This document shows, piece by piece, positions 50,944 to 61,607 of a stretch of 64,000 nucleotides of DNA. Within the stretch, counting starts at the first letter, position 1. Each line of letters opens with the position of its first letter. The notes beneath the pieces are model-generated. The model was not told the origin of the DNA. It searched no databases and was given only the letters and a program-made list of their open reading frames with translations. The position numbers and the translations under genes were made by a program. Location: contig JBHPFW010000003.1 in NCBI GenBank assembly GCA_042571645.1, forward strand, positions 24,898 to 88,897, given 5' to 3'. The DNA is from Nanobdellota archaeon. Lineage in GTDB: Archaea; Nanobdellota; Nanobdellia; Woesearchaeales; JBHPFW01.

Positions 50944-51219
50944 TCAAACCTTTTTCTTAGCTCTTTGCACACCCAAAGCAACAACTCCACCACCAATGGC
51001 TGTGCCCAATTGCAAAGGTCCCATGGCAATTAAGAATACTTTTGGAAGAATGCTTAAAGTAACAAATAGCAAAGCAAAAGCAAATAAGAACAAAGTCTTT
51101 GCAACTGAACCAATAACTAAAGTAATCCACTTATTCTTCTTATTTTGAAGATTAAACTTTTTGAAAGCTAAAACCAAAATACTATTCCCCATCCAAATAA
51201 ATGGGATCATGTAAATCAA
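50944..51219 (-). CDS. small membrane protein (91 aa)
   Basis: Three hydrophobic helices. Confidence 0.4.
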   Translation of the reverse strand: MIYMIPFIWMGNSILVLAFKKFNLQNKKNKWITLVIGSVAKTLFLFAFALLFVTLSILPKVFLIAMGPLQLGTAIGGGVVALGVQRAKKKV

Positions 51220-51287
51220 GAAAACAGTATAGGTCCAAAAATTAACCCTCTACTTAGTACACCCAAGCTTGAAATGCTAATATTAGC

Positions 51288-52223
51288 TCATCTACATGTA
51301 TAACTGGTCTCTAGAACTTGGCCTTCTTGGTCACAGAAATAGATATTATCTTTTTCAGACAATATTACTTGAGTATTAGGATCTGTGATGGGGTCTTCAA
51401 ATCTTAAATGATAAACCAAAGCAATGTAATTTTCAGTATTGTTTCTTTTGCAGATAGGGTAGTTGCTAGCGGTCTCATATTGTGCTGCAAAATTCTCAGC
51501 ACCAGCTTTATTATCGAATTTTTTGTAATTGATTATGTCAGCAGAAAAACTAATTTTGGCTTGGGTTCTGTAATCAAAGATAAGCTTATCAGTGTTTTCT
51601 TTGCAGACACTCATTTCTGGTTTGCTTTTGATATCCATTAGTAAAACTTCACTTTCAGACCTTGCCTTATCTTCTTCAGAATAAAGTGGATTGAAATGAT
51701 ACAGCTCAATAGAGTCTGCAGTATTTTTAATATTAGTAACATAAATATCTTGGTTAATATAAAATTGAATAACTGCTAAAAGAAGAAGTATGCCCAGGAT
51801 GATTTTTACGCCATCGCCTAATATGGCAAAGAGCATTTTCAAGTATTTTAAAGATCCGATGAAAAACATTAAGGTAAACATTGTTGCAATAATAAGAAGA
51901 ATAGACCCAAATTTTACAGATACAATGACAACCTCATTAAGGATCAGTATTTTGTTATAAATTATCAAGGTTATCAGAAGAGAAACAATAAAGTATATTA
52001 TGTCCATAATTAATTTACGCATATCTGGCTTTTTTTCAGCTGTTTTGAAATAAAACCATTTTTTTAGAAGATTAATAACTTTCTCACCTAATTGAGAAGT
52101 TTCTTTTTGTTGCTCTGGTTTTTGTTCAGGCATTTTTCTAATATCTTTCTTTTTTTTAGCTATTTTTAAATTTTTCTTGGCAATTGGGATAATGTGCCTT
52201 ATTTGTGTCATTATTAAACTCAA
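51288..52223 (-). CDS. membrane protein, function unknown (311 aa)
   Basis: N-terminal basic region, three TM helices, and a C-terminal extracytoplasmic domain. Confidence 0.5.
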   Translation of the reverse strand: MSLIMTQIRHIIPIAKKNLKIAKKKKDIRKMPEQKPEQQKETSQLGEKVINLLKKWFYFKTAEKKPDMRKLIMDIIYFIVSLLITLIIYNKILILNEVVIVSVKFGSILLIIATMFTLMFFIGSLKYLKMLFAILGDGVKIILGILLLLAVIQFYINQDIYVTNIKNTADSIELYHFNPLYSEEDKARSESEVLLMDIKSKPEMSVCKENTDKLIFDYRTQAKISFSADIINYKKFDNKAGAENFAAQYETASNYPICKRNNTENYIALVYHLRFEDPITDPNTQVILSEKDNIYFCDQEGQVLETSYTCR

Positions 52224-52307
52224 TTTAAATACTTTTAGGTGTGATTACTCAAGAATTAAGAGTTAGCTATATAAATAATAACAAAACATACCATTTTCTG
52301 TGATAAA

Positions 52308-52655
52308 ATGACTACAAAAACAATACTGCTGATATTTGGTTTGTTAATAATTTCGACTGTCATTAGTGGCTGCGGCCAAACAATAAACTATGACAATTTC
52401 GCAAAATGCCTTACAGAAGCAGGAGCAGTAATGTATGGAACAGAATGGTGCAGTCATTGCAAATCCCAGAAAAAAGCATTTGGAGATTCTTTTCAATACA
52501 TAGATCATATTGATTGCAATCTTGAAGAAGATAAATGTGATGAAGCAGGAATTGAAGGCTATCCCACTTGGAGTATAGATGGCAATAATTATCCAGGAGA
52601 GCAGACAATGGAGCAATTGGCGTTTTTGAGTGGTTGTGAATTGCCTTTGAAATAG
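52308..52655 (+). CDS. thioredoxin-fold lipoprotein (CxxC)
   Basis: Lipobox-like signal (ISGCGQ) and the WCSHCK active-site motif. Confidence 0.65.
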   Translation: MTTKTILLIFGLLIISTVISGCGQTINYDNFAKCLTEAGAVMYGTEWCSHCKSQKKAFGDSFQYIDHIDCNLEEDKCDEAGIEGYPTWSIDGNNYPGEQTMEQLAFLSGCELPLK

Positions 52656-52725
52656 TTCTAAAATAAGCTGCCAGCGCCTAGAGTGCTAAGGATATTCTGT
52701 ATGCATTTGCATCTATCCATCATGA

Positions 52726-53742
52726 TTGCGAGATGCTATTTTTACATACTTGGCACTCGCCCTGGCAGCTTATATTTTGCTTGAATTTTATTACTCAACC
52801 CTAAAGTTTATATACTCCTTTTTTTCTCCCAGTTATATGCCAGAAGAAGAAATACCTGATTCAAGATTTAAGCCATATTTTGAAAAGAAGATAAGGCGGA
52901 CTATCAGGAAATACAAATTATGCACAAGAAAGGACAAGATAGTTGTAGCTGTATCTGGAGGCAAAGATTCAACAGTATGTTTGTATGTTCTAAATAAGAT
53001 GGGCTATGATGTAGAAGGCATCACAATAGATGCAAACATCGGCAATTACACAAAAAAGAATCTTGAAAATTTAAAAGAAGTCTGCAAAAAATACAAAATC
53101 AAGCTGAATGTGATATCTTTCAGAGAGGAGTTTGGCAGATCATTGTGCTATATGAGGTGTGTGTTGAAGGAAAAAGGATTTGATTATTCTTCATGCATGC
53201 TTTGTGGTATACTAAAAAGATACCTACTAAATAAATATTCAAAAAAACTTGGTTTTGATGTTTTAGCCACAGGCCATAATCTCGATGATGAAGCTCAAGC
53301 ATTTTTAATGAATTTGTTTAGAAATGATACAAAATTAGCATTGAGACAAGGACCAATCTCAGGTATTTCCACATCAACAAAATTTGTTAAAAGAATAAAG
53401 CCATTATATTGGCTTTCTGAAAAAGAAGTAAAAAGATATTCTAAAAAGATGAAATTCCCAGTAAATTACGGCATATGTCCCTGTTCTGTTGATGCATACA
53501 GAAGAAAACACATCAACATACTTAATGATTATGAGAAAAAGCATCCTTCAGTCAAGTATAATCTTCTGAACTTTCATGAAGGCTTAATAGCACCATTAAA
53601 AGAAAATCTTAAAGACAAACAGATAATAAATTCTTGCGAGGTTTGTGGGGAGCCTTGCAGCAAGACTATTTGCAGGACATGTGAAATTTTTAGTTCCTTG
53701 GAGAAAGGGAAAAATAATACCAAAAAAAGGCCAAAAGCTTAA
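52726..53742 (+). CDS. PP-loop ATPase of the TtuA/NcsA/TtcA tRNA-thiolation family
   Basis: PP-loop VAVSGGKDS. Zn-finger CxxC pairs at both termini (CEVCGEPC...CRTC). Confidence 0.8.
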   Translation: MRDAIFTYLALALAAYILLEFYYSTLKFIYSFFSPSYMPEEEIPDSRFKPYFEKKIRRTIRKYKLCTRKDKIVVAVSGGKDSTVCLYVLNKMGYDVEGITIDANIGNYTKKNLENLKEVCKKYKIKLNVISFREEFGRSLCYMRCVLKEKGFDYSSCMLCGILKRYLLNKYSKKLGFDVLATGHNLDDEAQAFLMNLFRNDTKLALRQGPISGISTSTKFVKRIKPLYWLSEKEVKRYSKKMKFPVNYGICPCSVDAYRRKHINILNDYEKKHPSVKYNLLNFHEGLIAPLKENLKDKQIINSCEVCGEPCSKTICRTCEIFSSLEKGKNNTKKRPKA

Positions 53743-53768
53743 TAAACAACATATTCTATCTAAACAAT

Positions 53769-54452
53769 ATGGCTAGAAAAAAAGAAACCCTCTTGATATT
53801 TGGTGCGCATTCAGATGATTTTGTGATCGGAGCAGGAGGCACTGTTGCAAAGTGCAATGAAGAAGGGAAGAAGGTAATTTCTGTAGTTTTTTCATATGGA
53901 GAAAAAAGCCATCCTTGGCTTAAAAAGAGAGAAACTGTAGAGATGAGACTTAGGGAAACAAGGAATGCAGAAAAAGCATTGGGCAGTGGAAAAAGCATAT
54001 TTTTGGGTTTGAATGAAGGCAATTTTGAAAAGGAATTCAAAAGAAAGAAATTAGCAGAAAAAATCAAGAGAATAGTAACTAGAAACAAACCAGATAAGAT
54101 ACTATTGCATTCAAAAGATGATCCTCATCCAGATCATAGAGCTCTTAATAAGATAATCAAACAGCTGCTTACCGAGATCAGATATAAAGGAGAAGTTTAT
54201 GTTTATGATATTTGGGGCCCAAATATCAAAAAAGGAGAAAGACCCAAATTGGTTGTTGATATTAGCAAAACATTCAAAACAAAGATTAAAGCTTTGAGAT
54301 GTTTTGAAAGCCAAAGATTCAATGCTATATTACCTTTGATTGGAAGTGTTTTTTTCAAGGCGATTGCAAACGGCTTCAAAAGTAATACCAGGTTTGCAGA
54401 GCTTTTCTATAGGATTCAGATACAGCCCAAAAAAAGGTTAAAAACAAAATGA
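53769..54452 (+). CDS. PIG-L/LmbE family N-acetylglucosaminyl deacetylase
   Basis: IFGAHSDDFVIGAGG and HPDHRA motifs. Confidence 0.8.
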   Translation: MARKKETLLIFGAHSDDFVIGAGGTVAKCNEEGKKVISVVFSYGEKSHPWLKKRETVEMRLRETRNAEKALGSGKSIFLGLNEGNFEKEFKRKKLAEKIKRIVTRNKPDKILLHSKDDPHPDHRALNKIIKQLLTEIRYKGEVYVYDIWGPNIKKGERPKLVVDISKTFKTKIKALRCFESQRFNAILPLIGSVFFKAIANGFKSNTRFAELFYRIQIQPKKRLKTK

Positions 54453-55594
54453 AAAAACTATTAATAATATCGGATTCATTTTTGCCGAAGAGAGATGGAG
54501 TTGTGAGGTTTATAGTCGAGGTAGCTTCAAGGCTTACAAAGTTATATGATGTTACTCTCCTTGTTCCTGATTATGGGGGGAAAAATGCAGCTTCCTTAAA
54601 AGATTTTAATATAATCAAAATTCCTTTGAGCAAGCCAAGTATAGTTGGTTATAACATGACCAAGCTTAAATCAGGGCTTGTAAAAAAGCTTGTAAAGGAA
54701 AATGATCTTGTGTTTGTTCAGAGCGGGTTTCCTTTATCAACATTAGGCATAAGATATGCAAAAAAACTGAAAAAACCTGTGGCGGTGTTTGTTCACCAGT
54801 TGGTATGGGAGCAGTTTGCCAATATTGTAACAAAGAACAGAGTGATTCATAATATTATGGAGAAGTTGACTTTGTTTTTTGCCAGATTATCCTGGAATAA
54901 AGCTGATTTAATTATAGTTCCATCTCTTTCTTTAGTAACGCGTTTAACAGAACTAGGTTTTAAAGGAGAAAAAAAGGTTGTAATGCTTGGCTGCAATAAT
55001 GATGTGTTTTTGAAACCTGCAGATAAAGAAGAGAAAAAAAAGAGAAAGGGTTTGAGTAACAAAATAGTGATTGGTTATTCAGGAAGAGTAAGCCCTGAAA
55101 AGAATTTGGAAACTCTGCAGGAAGCGTTTGTAGAGCTCAAACTTGAACATCCAGAGATTTTTTTGCTTATAGTGGGTGATGGATCAGAAAAGTATGTTGA
55201 GAGATTTAAAGCAATAAAGGACTGCAAAATAACAGGCTTTGTCGAGGATGTTGTGCCTTATCTTCAGGCTATGGACATCTTTGTTATGCCTTCTCTCACA
55301 GAAACTACTTCTTTGTCAACATTAGAAGCAATGAGCTGTGAAATACCAGTTATTGCAACTCCTGTTGGAAATATTAAGGATTATATTATTAGCGGTGAGA
55401 ATGGGTTTTTGTTTCCAAGAGAGAATACAGCAATATTAAAGAAATTAATTCTTCGGTTAGTTCAGGATGGAAAGTTAAGGTCAAATATTGGAAGCAAAGC
55501 CAGAAAAACAGTCATTGAAAGCTATAACTGGGACAAAACAGCAGAAGGCATTAAAGAATCTTTGGATAGAATTATGAAAAAGCATTATGCTTGA
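54449..55594 (+). CDS. glycosyltransferase family 4
   Basis: GT-B fold with the EAMSCEIPVIAT (E-x7-E) motif. Its start overlaps the stop of the PIG-L gene. Confidence 0.85.
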   Translation: MKKLLIISDSFLPKRDGVVRFIVEVASRLTKLYDVTLLVPDYGGKNAASLKDFNIIKIPLSKPSIVGYNMTKLKSGLVKKLVKENDLVFVQSGFPLSTLGIRYAKKLKKPVAVFVHQLVWEQFANIVTKNRVIHNIMEKLTLFFARLSWNKADLIIVPSLSLVTRLTELGFKGEKKVVMLGCNNDVFLKPADKEEKKKRKGLSNKIVIGYSGRVSPEKNLETLQEAFVELKLEHPEIFLLIVGDGSEKYVERFKAIKDCKITGFVEDVVPYLQAMDIFVMPSLTETTSLSTLEAMSCEIPVIATPVGNIKDYIISGENGFLFPRENTAILKKLILRLVQDGKLRSNIGSKARKTVIESYNWDKTAEGIKESLDRIMKKHYA

Positions 55595-55623
55595 GGAATT
55601 TCTTAGTTGATTTGTAATTTGAT

Positions 55624-58600
55624 TCAAATCTTCAAACTCACAACATTACTAGAACCATGTTCGTTCATGGAAACTCCATAAAGAATATCTGCTTCTGCAA
55701 TAACACCGTCATTGTGGCTTATTACAACATATTGTGCTTTGTCTGTATATTTACGGACAAGCTTTGCCAATAACTCAGAATTCTTTTTATCTAAAGCAGC
55801 ATCAACCTCATCTAAAACATAGAATGATGCAGGATCATGCTCTTGGATAGCAAATATGAATGCAAGTGCAGTTAAAGTTTTCTCGCCGCCAGAAAGACTT
55901 CTTATGTCCATGAACTTAGTTCCAGTAAGCTTAACTTTAATCATTAGGCCGCCTTCAAAAGGCTGCTGAGGGTTTTCCAATACCAAGGAACATTCTCCTT
56001 TAGTTGATAACTGAGCAAAGGTGCTCTGGAAATGGCCATTCACAACTTCTAAAGTTTTCATAAACAACTCTGTTTTTTTGGCTTCAATCTCGTTAATCAT
56101 CATAAGGACATCTTCTCTTTCCTTTCCAAGCCGTTCTTTCTTCTCAACAAGTCCATAGTATTCTTTCTCTGCAGAATCATATATCTCTAATGCCTTCATA
56201 TTTACACTGCCAATATTAGCAACCATCCTCTCAAATTGGGAGATTTCTCTTTTTAATTCTTCATCAGATTTTTTCTCGTCTATTTTGGCTTCTTTATATT
56301 GTTCGAATTCCTGATCAAATGCTGCCAGTTCTGCTTTGTACTTGGCATTTTCCAATGAGAAAGCTGTTATTTTCTGTTCATATTTTTTAATATCATCATT
56401 TGTAGTATCAATTTTTGTATCAAGTTTCTTTAGCTTCTCATCCAAGCTTCCTCTCTTGCCAAACAAACCCTTAAACTGCTCATGGAATTTCTGCTGGGCT
56501 TTTTCTTTTTCTTTCAAAGAGGTTTCCATATTTTTCATTTCATCTTCACTCTTTTTGATCTCTGATTTGAAATCCTGCTCTTCTTTGTTGTGTTGTTTCA
56601 GTATTTTGTTTATGTTTTCTTTTTCAGGCTGAAGTATATTGGTTATCTGAGCATCAAGATTCTTTACATTTCCTTCTTTGGCCATTATTTCTTCTTTTAG
56701 CTGGGAGAGTTTTTCTTCAAATGTGTTTAGCTCTGCTAACAGCCTAGGATTTCTAAGCTCTGTGATTTTAGTTCTTAATCCTTGGCGACTAATCTTATTC
56801 TGAGCAAGAACTTTATTTAATTCAGAAACTTTCATATTAACAGAATCAATAGTTTTATCAAATTCTTTTGATTGTTTTTTCAGGTCTTCTTTGAGTTTTT
56901 TGGTAGCATCCATATCATCTGAATCAAGGTGGAGAATCTTTTCAAGCTTTATTATATCCGCCTCAAGATTGGCTTTCAGCTGTCTTATGTTTGTTATGCG
57001 TTCTTCTCCTTTCTGCTTTTTCTCTTCCAGAGCCTGGATTATAGTTGCTGTATCAGATGCATCATGCTCATATCTATCTATATCTCTTATAAGCTCTTTT
57101 TGCTGGAAGCCCATTCCTTTTTTCCTTTGTCTGAAGCCGCCTTGCATTGCTCCAGATGTCTTTGTGAGATCGCCTTCAAGAGTGGTCATCTTTGCATTGC
57201 CGATGCCGATTCTTCTGGCTGTGTTTATATCATCTACAACAAGAGTGTTGCCAAAAACATATGAAAAGACATCTTTGAACTTTGAATCAAAGCTGATAAG
57301 ATCAATAGCAAATCCTTTAACACCATTAGCATTTTCATATTTCTTCAGTTCTGGTCTTTTTGTAACGCTTTTTATTTTATTCAATGGAAGGAAAGTAGCA
57401 ACTCCAAGTTTGTTTTCCTTTAGAAACTTGATGCATTTAGAAGCAGTTGCATCAGACTCAACCACGATGCTTTTTATTTTGGCTCCTGCTGAAATCTCCA
57501 AAGCTAAAGCAAATTCAGAACTGACCTGGCCAAGCTCAGATACTGTGCCGTAAACTCCGCCAAGATTCTTTTTGTTTTCCAGTATTTTCTTAAGTGCAAT
57601 ATCTCCTGAAAGATGCTCCTGAATGCTTGTGTTTTTGGCTCTGAGTTTTGAGAGCTGTTCATTAGCATTCAATAACTTGGATCGGGCATTTGATAATTGA
57701 CCAGAATAAGCCGCATCATCATTAACCATTTTGTTAAGCTCGAGAGTAGATTCCTTAAACTGCTTTTTCTTTGCCTTGAGTTCTTCAACTTGGACTTTGT
57801 TTTCTTTTTCAACTTCAAGTACCTTGGAAATCTTTTCATCTGCTGACTGAATCTGGAATTCTATCCTGTCTTTTTCCCTTAGAATGTCCTGCTGGTTTTT
57901 TCTTAATTCCTGTATTTCTCTTTGTTTATCTTCAGCTTCCTTGTCAAGCTTATCTACATCTTTTTCAATGTCACCAATATTATCAAGATTGTTCTTTTTT
58001 CTGAAATCAGCTATTCTTTGCTGTATTTCCTGCTTTTGATTGTTTCGAGCTTTTATCTGATCATCATATTCCTTTTTTTCAGTATCAATTTTTGAGATTT
58101 TTTCTTCGAGTTCCTTAAGGTTTATGCTGAGTTGTTTTTTCCTTGTATTAATCCTTTCTATCTCGTTATTTAAGCTTTCAATCCTGTTTTTTCCTGTGCC
58201 GAGGTCCACCTTAAGCTTTTCAACTTCTTTGTGCATATCAACCTGGTCTTTTTCTCCTTTCTGCTCAATCTCTTGATTGATCTTGTCAATATTTTCTTTT
58301 ATCTCAGAAACATTTTGTTTAAATTCTTGAAGTTCTTTGTTTTTAGCATCAAGTTTTTCTTGCTGTTCTGCAATCTTTTTATCATATTCTTCTTTTTGGG
58401 TAGTTTTTGCTTTAATTTTTCTGTGAATAACAGTTGCTCTGTTTGTTGTTATCTTATCATTCAAATCCTTATACTTTGATGCTTGATCTCGTTCTTTTTT
58501 TAACTGGTTTAAGCTTGATTTTCTTTCTGTCAGAACAATGTCTGCTTCTTTCAGTCGTTCTTCAACTCTGTTAAGTTCATTGAGAGCTTTCTGCTTTTTT

Positions 58601-59118
58601 TCTTCATAAATTCTTATGCCTGCAATTTCCTCAACTAACTGCCTTCTTTCTACTGTGGGCATCTCTACAAAACTGACAATATCTCCCTGGAGAATAATAT
58701 TGTAACCATCTGGATTAATTTTTGCCAGGCTCATCAATTCAAGCATTTCCTGTCTCGTTTTAGTTTTATTGTTGATCTTGTAAACACTTTGGCCTGTGGC
58801 TCTTACAATTCTGCTTATCTTTATCTCTTTGTCATCTGAAGGAAAAACTTTGCTTGCATTATCAAAGTAAATAGAAACTTCACCTTCTTTTGCAGGCTTT
58901 TTAGATTTGCCACCATTGTAAATAAGATTAGCTGATTTCTCTGATCTCAATGCTTTTGCAGAGCTTTTTCCTAGAACAAAGCACAGAGCATCTAGAATAT
59001 TGGATTTTCCAGAGCCGTTTGGACCTAGAACACAATTAAATTGATTCCCAAAAACTAGTTCTGTGCGCTTAGCAAAACTCTTGAAACCATGCATTACAAG
59101 TTTGTTTATTTTAGTCAT
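55624..59118 (-). CDS. smc: chromosome segregation protein SMC
   Basis: 1164 aa. N-terminal Walker A GPNGSGKSN, long coiled coils with a hinge, and C-terminal LSGGEKTLTALAFIFAIQ and YVLDEVDAALD. Confidence 0.95.
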   Translation of the reverse strand: MTKINKLVMHGFKSFAKRTELVFGNQFNCVLGPNGSGKSNILDALCFVLGKSSAKALRSEKSANLIYNGGKSKKPAKEGEVSIYFDNASKVFPSDDKEIKISRIVRATGQSVYKINNKTKTRQEMLELMSLAKINPDGYNIILQGDIVSFVEMPTVERRQLVEEIAGIRIYEEKKQKALNELNRVEERLKEADIVLTERKSSLNQLKKERDQASKYKDLNDKITTNRATVIHRKIKAKTTQKEEYDKKIAEQQEKLDAKNKELQEFKQNVSEIKENIDKINQEIEQKGEKDQVDMHKEVEKLKVDLGTGKNRIESLNNEIERINTRKKQLSINLKELEEKISKIDTEKKEYDDQIKARNNQKQEIQQRIADFRKKNNLDNIGDIEKDVDKLDKEAEDKQREIQELRKNQQDILREKDRIEFQIQSADEKISKVLEVEKENKVQVEELKAKKKQFKESTLELNKMVNDDAAYSGQLSNARSKLLNANEQLSKLRAKNTSIQEHLSGDIALKKILENKKNLGGVYGTVSELGQVSSEFALALEISAGAKIKSIVVESDATASKCIKFLKENKLGVATFLPLNKIKSVTKRPELKKYENANGVKGFAIDLISFDSKFKDVFSYVFGNTLVVDDINTARRIGIGNAKMTTLEGDLTKTSGAMQGGFRQRKKGMGFQQKELIRDIDRYEHDASDTATIIQALEEKKQKGEERITNIRQLKANLEADIIKLEKILHLDSDDMDATKKLKEDLKKQSKEFDKTIDSVNMKVSELNKVLAQNKISRQGLRTKITELRNPRLLAELNTFEEKLSQLKEEIMAKEGNVKNLDAQITNILQPEKENINKILKQHNKEEQDFKSEIKKSEDEMKNMETSLKEKEKAQQKFHEQFKGLFGKRGSLDEKLKKLDTKIDTTNDDIKKYEQKITAFSLENAKYKAELAAFDQEFEQYKEAKIDEKKSDEELKREISQFERMVANIGSVNMKALEIYDSAEKEYYGLVEKKERLGKEREDVLMMINEIEAKKTELFMKTLEVVNGHFQSTFAQLSTKGECSLVLENPQQPFEGGLMIKVKLTGTKFMDIRSLSGGEKTLTALAFIFAIQEHDPASFYVLDEVDAALDKKNSELLAKLVRKYTDKAQYVVISHNDGVIAEADILYGVSMNEHGSSNVVSLKI

Positions 59119-59201
59119 GCAAACACACTCTTATAGTGCTTAAACCGTAGCAGGGCATTTATAAAGGTTTTGGTATCTTTATTTTTAAATATTTAAAGGC
59201 C

Positions 59202-59870
59202 TCAGAATTCACCCAAACTCTTCTGATTTTTGCCTTTAACTAATTTCTTATAGCAAGCCCAACTCTTCCTGAAAATACCTGCATCTTTTAGTTTTTCATA
59301 GTTTTCTGCTAAAAACTTTTGAGTAGTTGGATCTGCTGGATAACCAGAGCCAATATTGCCGTATTTTTGTTTTAGTTTCTCAATTTCTCTGTCTCTTGTG
59401 ACTTTAGCAAGTATAGAAGCAGCTCCTGCAACTGGATAATTTAAATCAGCTTTATGCTCGCATTTAATATTAACTTTATCTCTTATATCGTCAATTAATA
59501 ATTTCTTAAAATATTCTGTAAATGCTTCAATATTAGTGCTTGGACAATCAACTATGATTGTATCTGGCTTAAGATAATTTGTTGCAATAGCATAATGTGT
59601 TGCTTCAAGCCAATTTAGATTAGTTGTTTTAGAATTAACTGCTTCATCTATTTCTTCAGGAGAAATAACTATGATTTTGTAATCCTTAACTTTTTCTTTT
59701 ATTATATCAAATAGTTGCTCACGTTTTTTTGGTGCAATAAGTTTAGAATCAGTAATACCCATTCTAATCAAATCTTCTTCAAGTTTTTCATCTATTACTA
59801 CGCCTGCTACTACTAAAGGCCCTAAACAAGGTCCTCTTCCTGCTTCATCCACACCAGCTATTAATGCCAT
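59202..59870 (-). CDS. rnhB: ribonuclease HII
   Basis: IAGVDEAGRGPCLGPLVVAGV active-site region. Confidence 0.9.
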   Translation of the reverse strand: MALIAGVDEAGRGPCLGPLVVAGVVIDEKLEEDLIRMGITDSKLIAPKKREQLFDIIKEKVKDYKIIVISPEEIDEAVNSKTTNLNWLEATHYAIATNYLKPDTIIVDCPSTNIEAFTEYFKKLLIDDIRDKVNIKCEHKADLNYPVAGAASILAKVTRDREIEKLKQKYGNIGSGYPADPTTQKFLAENYEKLKDAGIFRKSWACYKKLVKGKNQKSLGEF

Positions 59871-60013
59871 ATTCCTAATCTTACTAAAGTCTTTTATAAA
59901 TATTATTAAGAATATAAATAAAACATATAGGTAATATTTATAAATATGAAAGTTAATAGAGTCATTGAGAAAGATATGGGAATAAATAACAGAAATTCTA
60001 TGGGGTGTGAATC

Positions 60014-60370
60014 ATGGCAGAATTAACATCAGAGATGGAAGTCTCAAATAATGTTGAATATGTGGGTATAAGAGAGATTAGTGTAGAGCAAAAGGAAAAG
60101 CTTGATATGATTGCAGAAGAATACCAAGAAAAGATATCTCATAGCCTTAAGAATGATTTCAGACTTCAGGTTCACATAAAGACTTATCGTAATAAAGAAC
60201 TCAAACCAGGAGAAGAGCCAAAAAGAGTAAAATATTCTATTCATGTAAAGGTTTTATGTGCAGGCAAGGACTTTGCCTCCACCAACCACAATGACTGGGA
60301 TTTTGTAACTGCACTTAGAAAGTCTTTCAAGTCAGTGCTTAGTGAGATCAGGACATTTTATAAGGAATGA
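60014..60370 (+). CDS. hypothetical protein with a possible HPF/RaiA (ribosomal S30AE) fold
   Basis: Pattern VEYVGIR-EISVEQKEKLD..(helix)..FRLQVHIKTY..KRVKYSIHVKVLCAGKDFASTNHNDWDFVTALRKSFKSVLSEI aligns by eye with E. coli HPF (LNITGNNVEITEALREF..INQVYVVLKVEK..TLHVNGGEIHASAEGQDMYAAIDGLIDKLARQL). Confidence 0.35.
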   Translation: MAELTSEMEVSNNVEYVGIREISVEQKEKLDMIAEEYQEKISHSLKNDFRLQVHIKTYRNKELKPGEEPKRVKYSIHVKVLCAGKDFASTNHNDWDFVTALRKSFKSVLSEIRTFYKE

Positions 60371-60428
60371 TGGGCTTTTATTTATTTTCATTATGGAAAG
60401 TAATTATTGTCTTATGATCTCTTGCGAA

Positions 60429-61607
60429 TTAAATGGTTTTATAGAACTTCCTTTGAAACTTATCTTTGTGCGATAATATGATTTTATTCTTTTTTAATAA
60501 GCGCTTTAGTACATCCCTTACTGTTGAAGTATTAATTCCTAGTTCTCGGGTGATTTCTGAGTTATAACTACTTTCTTTTAATCTTATAAACTTAAATATC
60601 TTAATCTCGTTTTCTAAGGGATAAGTTCTTAAAGAACTAATTCTGACTATTTTCTTCAGTGAATTAGCCTTTCTTAATCCTTTTTTTGTAAAAGAATAAC
60701 CCTTAGATGATAAAGCTAGATAATTCATATCCTTCAAAATTGTAAGACGATAATGAATAGCACGTTTAGAAAGATAAGGAAATAAGCTATTTACATGTTT
60801 TGTAGAAAAATAAGTTCTATTAATATCCAAAACTTTCACTAATGTTATTTCCCAAGCTTTTGATTTAAAATTTTCTACAATTCTTTTTAATCTTCTCTGA
60901 TGCGATTTTAGAGCAAATCCAATTTGTTCATAGAACTTTGTTACATTTTTAATATCAGCAAAATATAAATAATATTTCCATCCATAATTCTTAATATAAT
61001 ATTTGTAAATCTTAGGTTTGATTCCAAATTTTTTCTTCAATAGAAGTTCTAACTCATCTAAATAAGTTTTATCACAACTATGAAATCTCACTTCAGTTCC
61101 TTTTTTTGGATCGTAAACAGAACCCTCCATTGCAAATGCATATCTTAGATATTCTCTTATTACAGAAATAGGAGAGTACCAAATCCACTGAGGTATTTTT
61201 GCTGATTCATCTGATTTATGGATGTCCAAACAATGATAAATAAAGGATGTAAAAGCCTTTGCTGGATACGCAACTATAGGGGTACCACTATTCTTATGAA
61301 TTGAAAAATTACCATTCAGACCAAATTGTTTTTTGATTATATGAGAGAATTCTTTTACTTTGGATTTATCTTTTTTCTGTGAAAATATACAAGAATTGAG
61401 ATTCTTTTCTATAGAACCATCTAGAATCATTGCAGAAATTTTAGCAAGATCTTCATCTAATATCAAAGGCGACTTAATCAAGAAAGGTTTCGCTTTTGAA
61501 TTTTTTAAATAAACTTTATTATCGTCTATTCTAAAAATATCAGGGAGTTCTTCTTTTGTAATTTGGAAATATTTTTTATCTAAATTGGTATAATTATTTA
61601 ATTTCAT
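60429..61607 (-). CDS. LAGLIDADG-like (DOD) endonuclease-fold protein with C-terminal winged-helix domains
   Basis: Degenerate motif pair (ISAMILDGSIEKN and LRYAFAMEGSVYD). C-terminal MarR-like wHTH (ITRELGINTSTVRDVLKRL). Located immediately downstream of a tRNA gene. Confidence 0.4.
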   Translation of the reverse strand: MKLNNYTNLDKKYFQITKEELPDIFRIDDNKVYLKNSKAKPFLIKSPLILDEDLAKISAMILDGSIEKNLNSCIFSQKKDKSKVKEFSHIIKKQFGLNGNFSIHKNSGTPIVAYPAKAFTSFIYHCLDIHKSDESAKIPQWIWYSPISVIREYLRYAFAMEGSVYDPKKGTEVRFHSCDKTYLDELELLLKKKFGIKPKIYKYYIKNYGWKYYLYFADIKNVTKFYEQIGFALKSHQRRLKRIVENFKSKAWEITLVKVLDINRTYFSTKHVNSLFPYLSKRAIHYRLTILKDMNYLALSSKGYSFTKKGLRKANSLKKIVRISSLRTYPLENEIKIFKFIRLKESSYNSEITRELGINTSTVRDVLKRLLKKNKIILSHKDKFQRKFYKTI

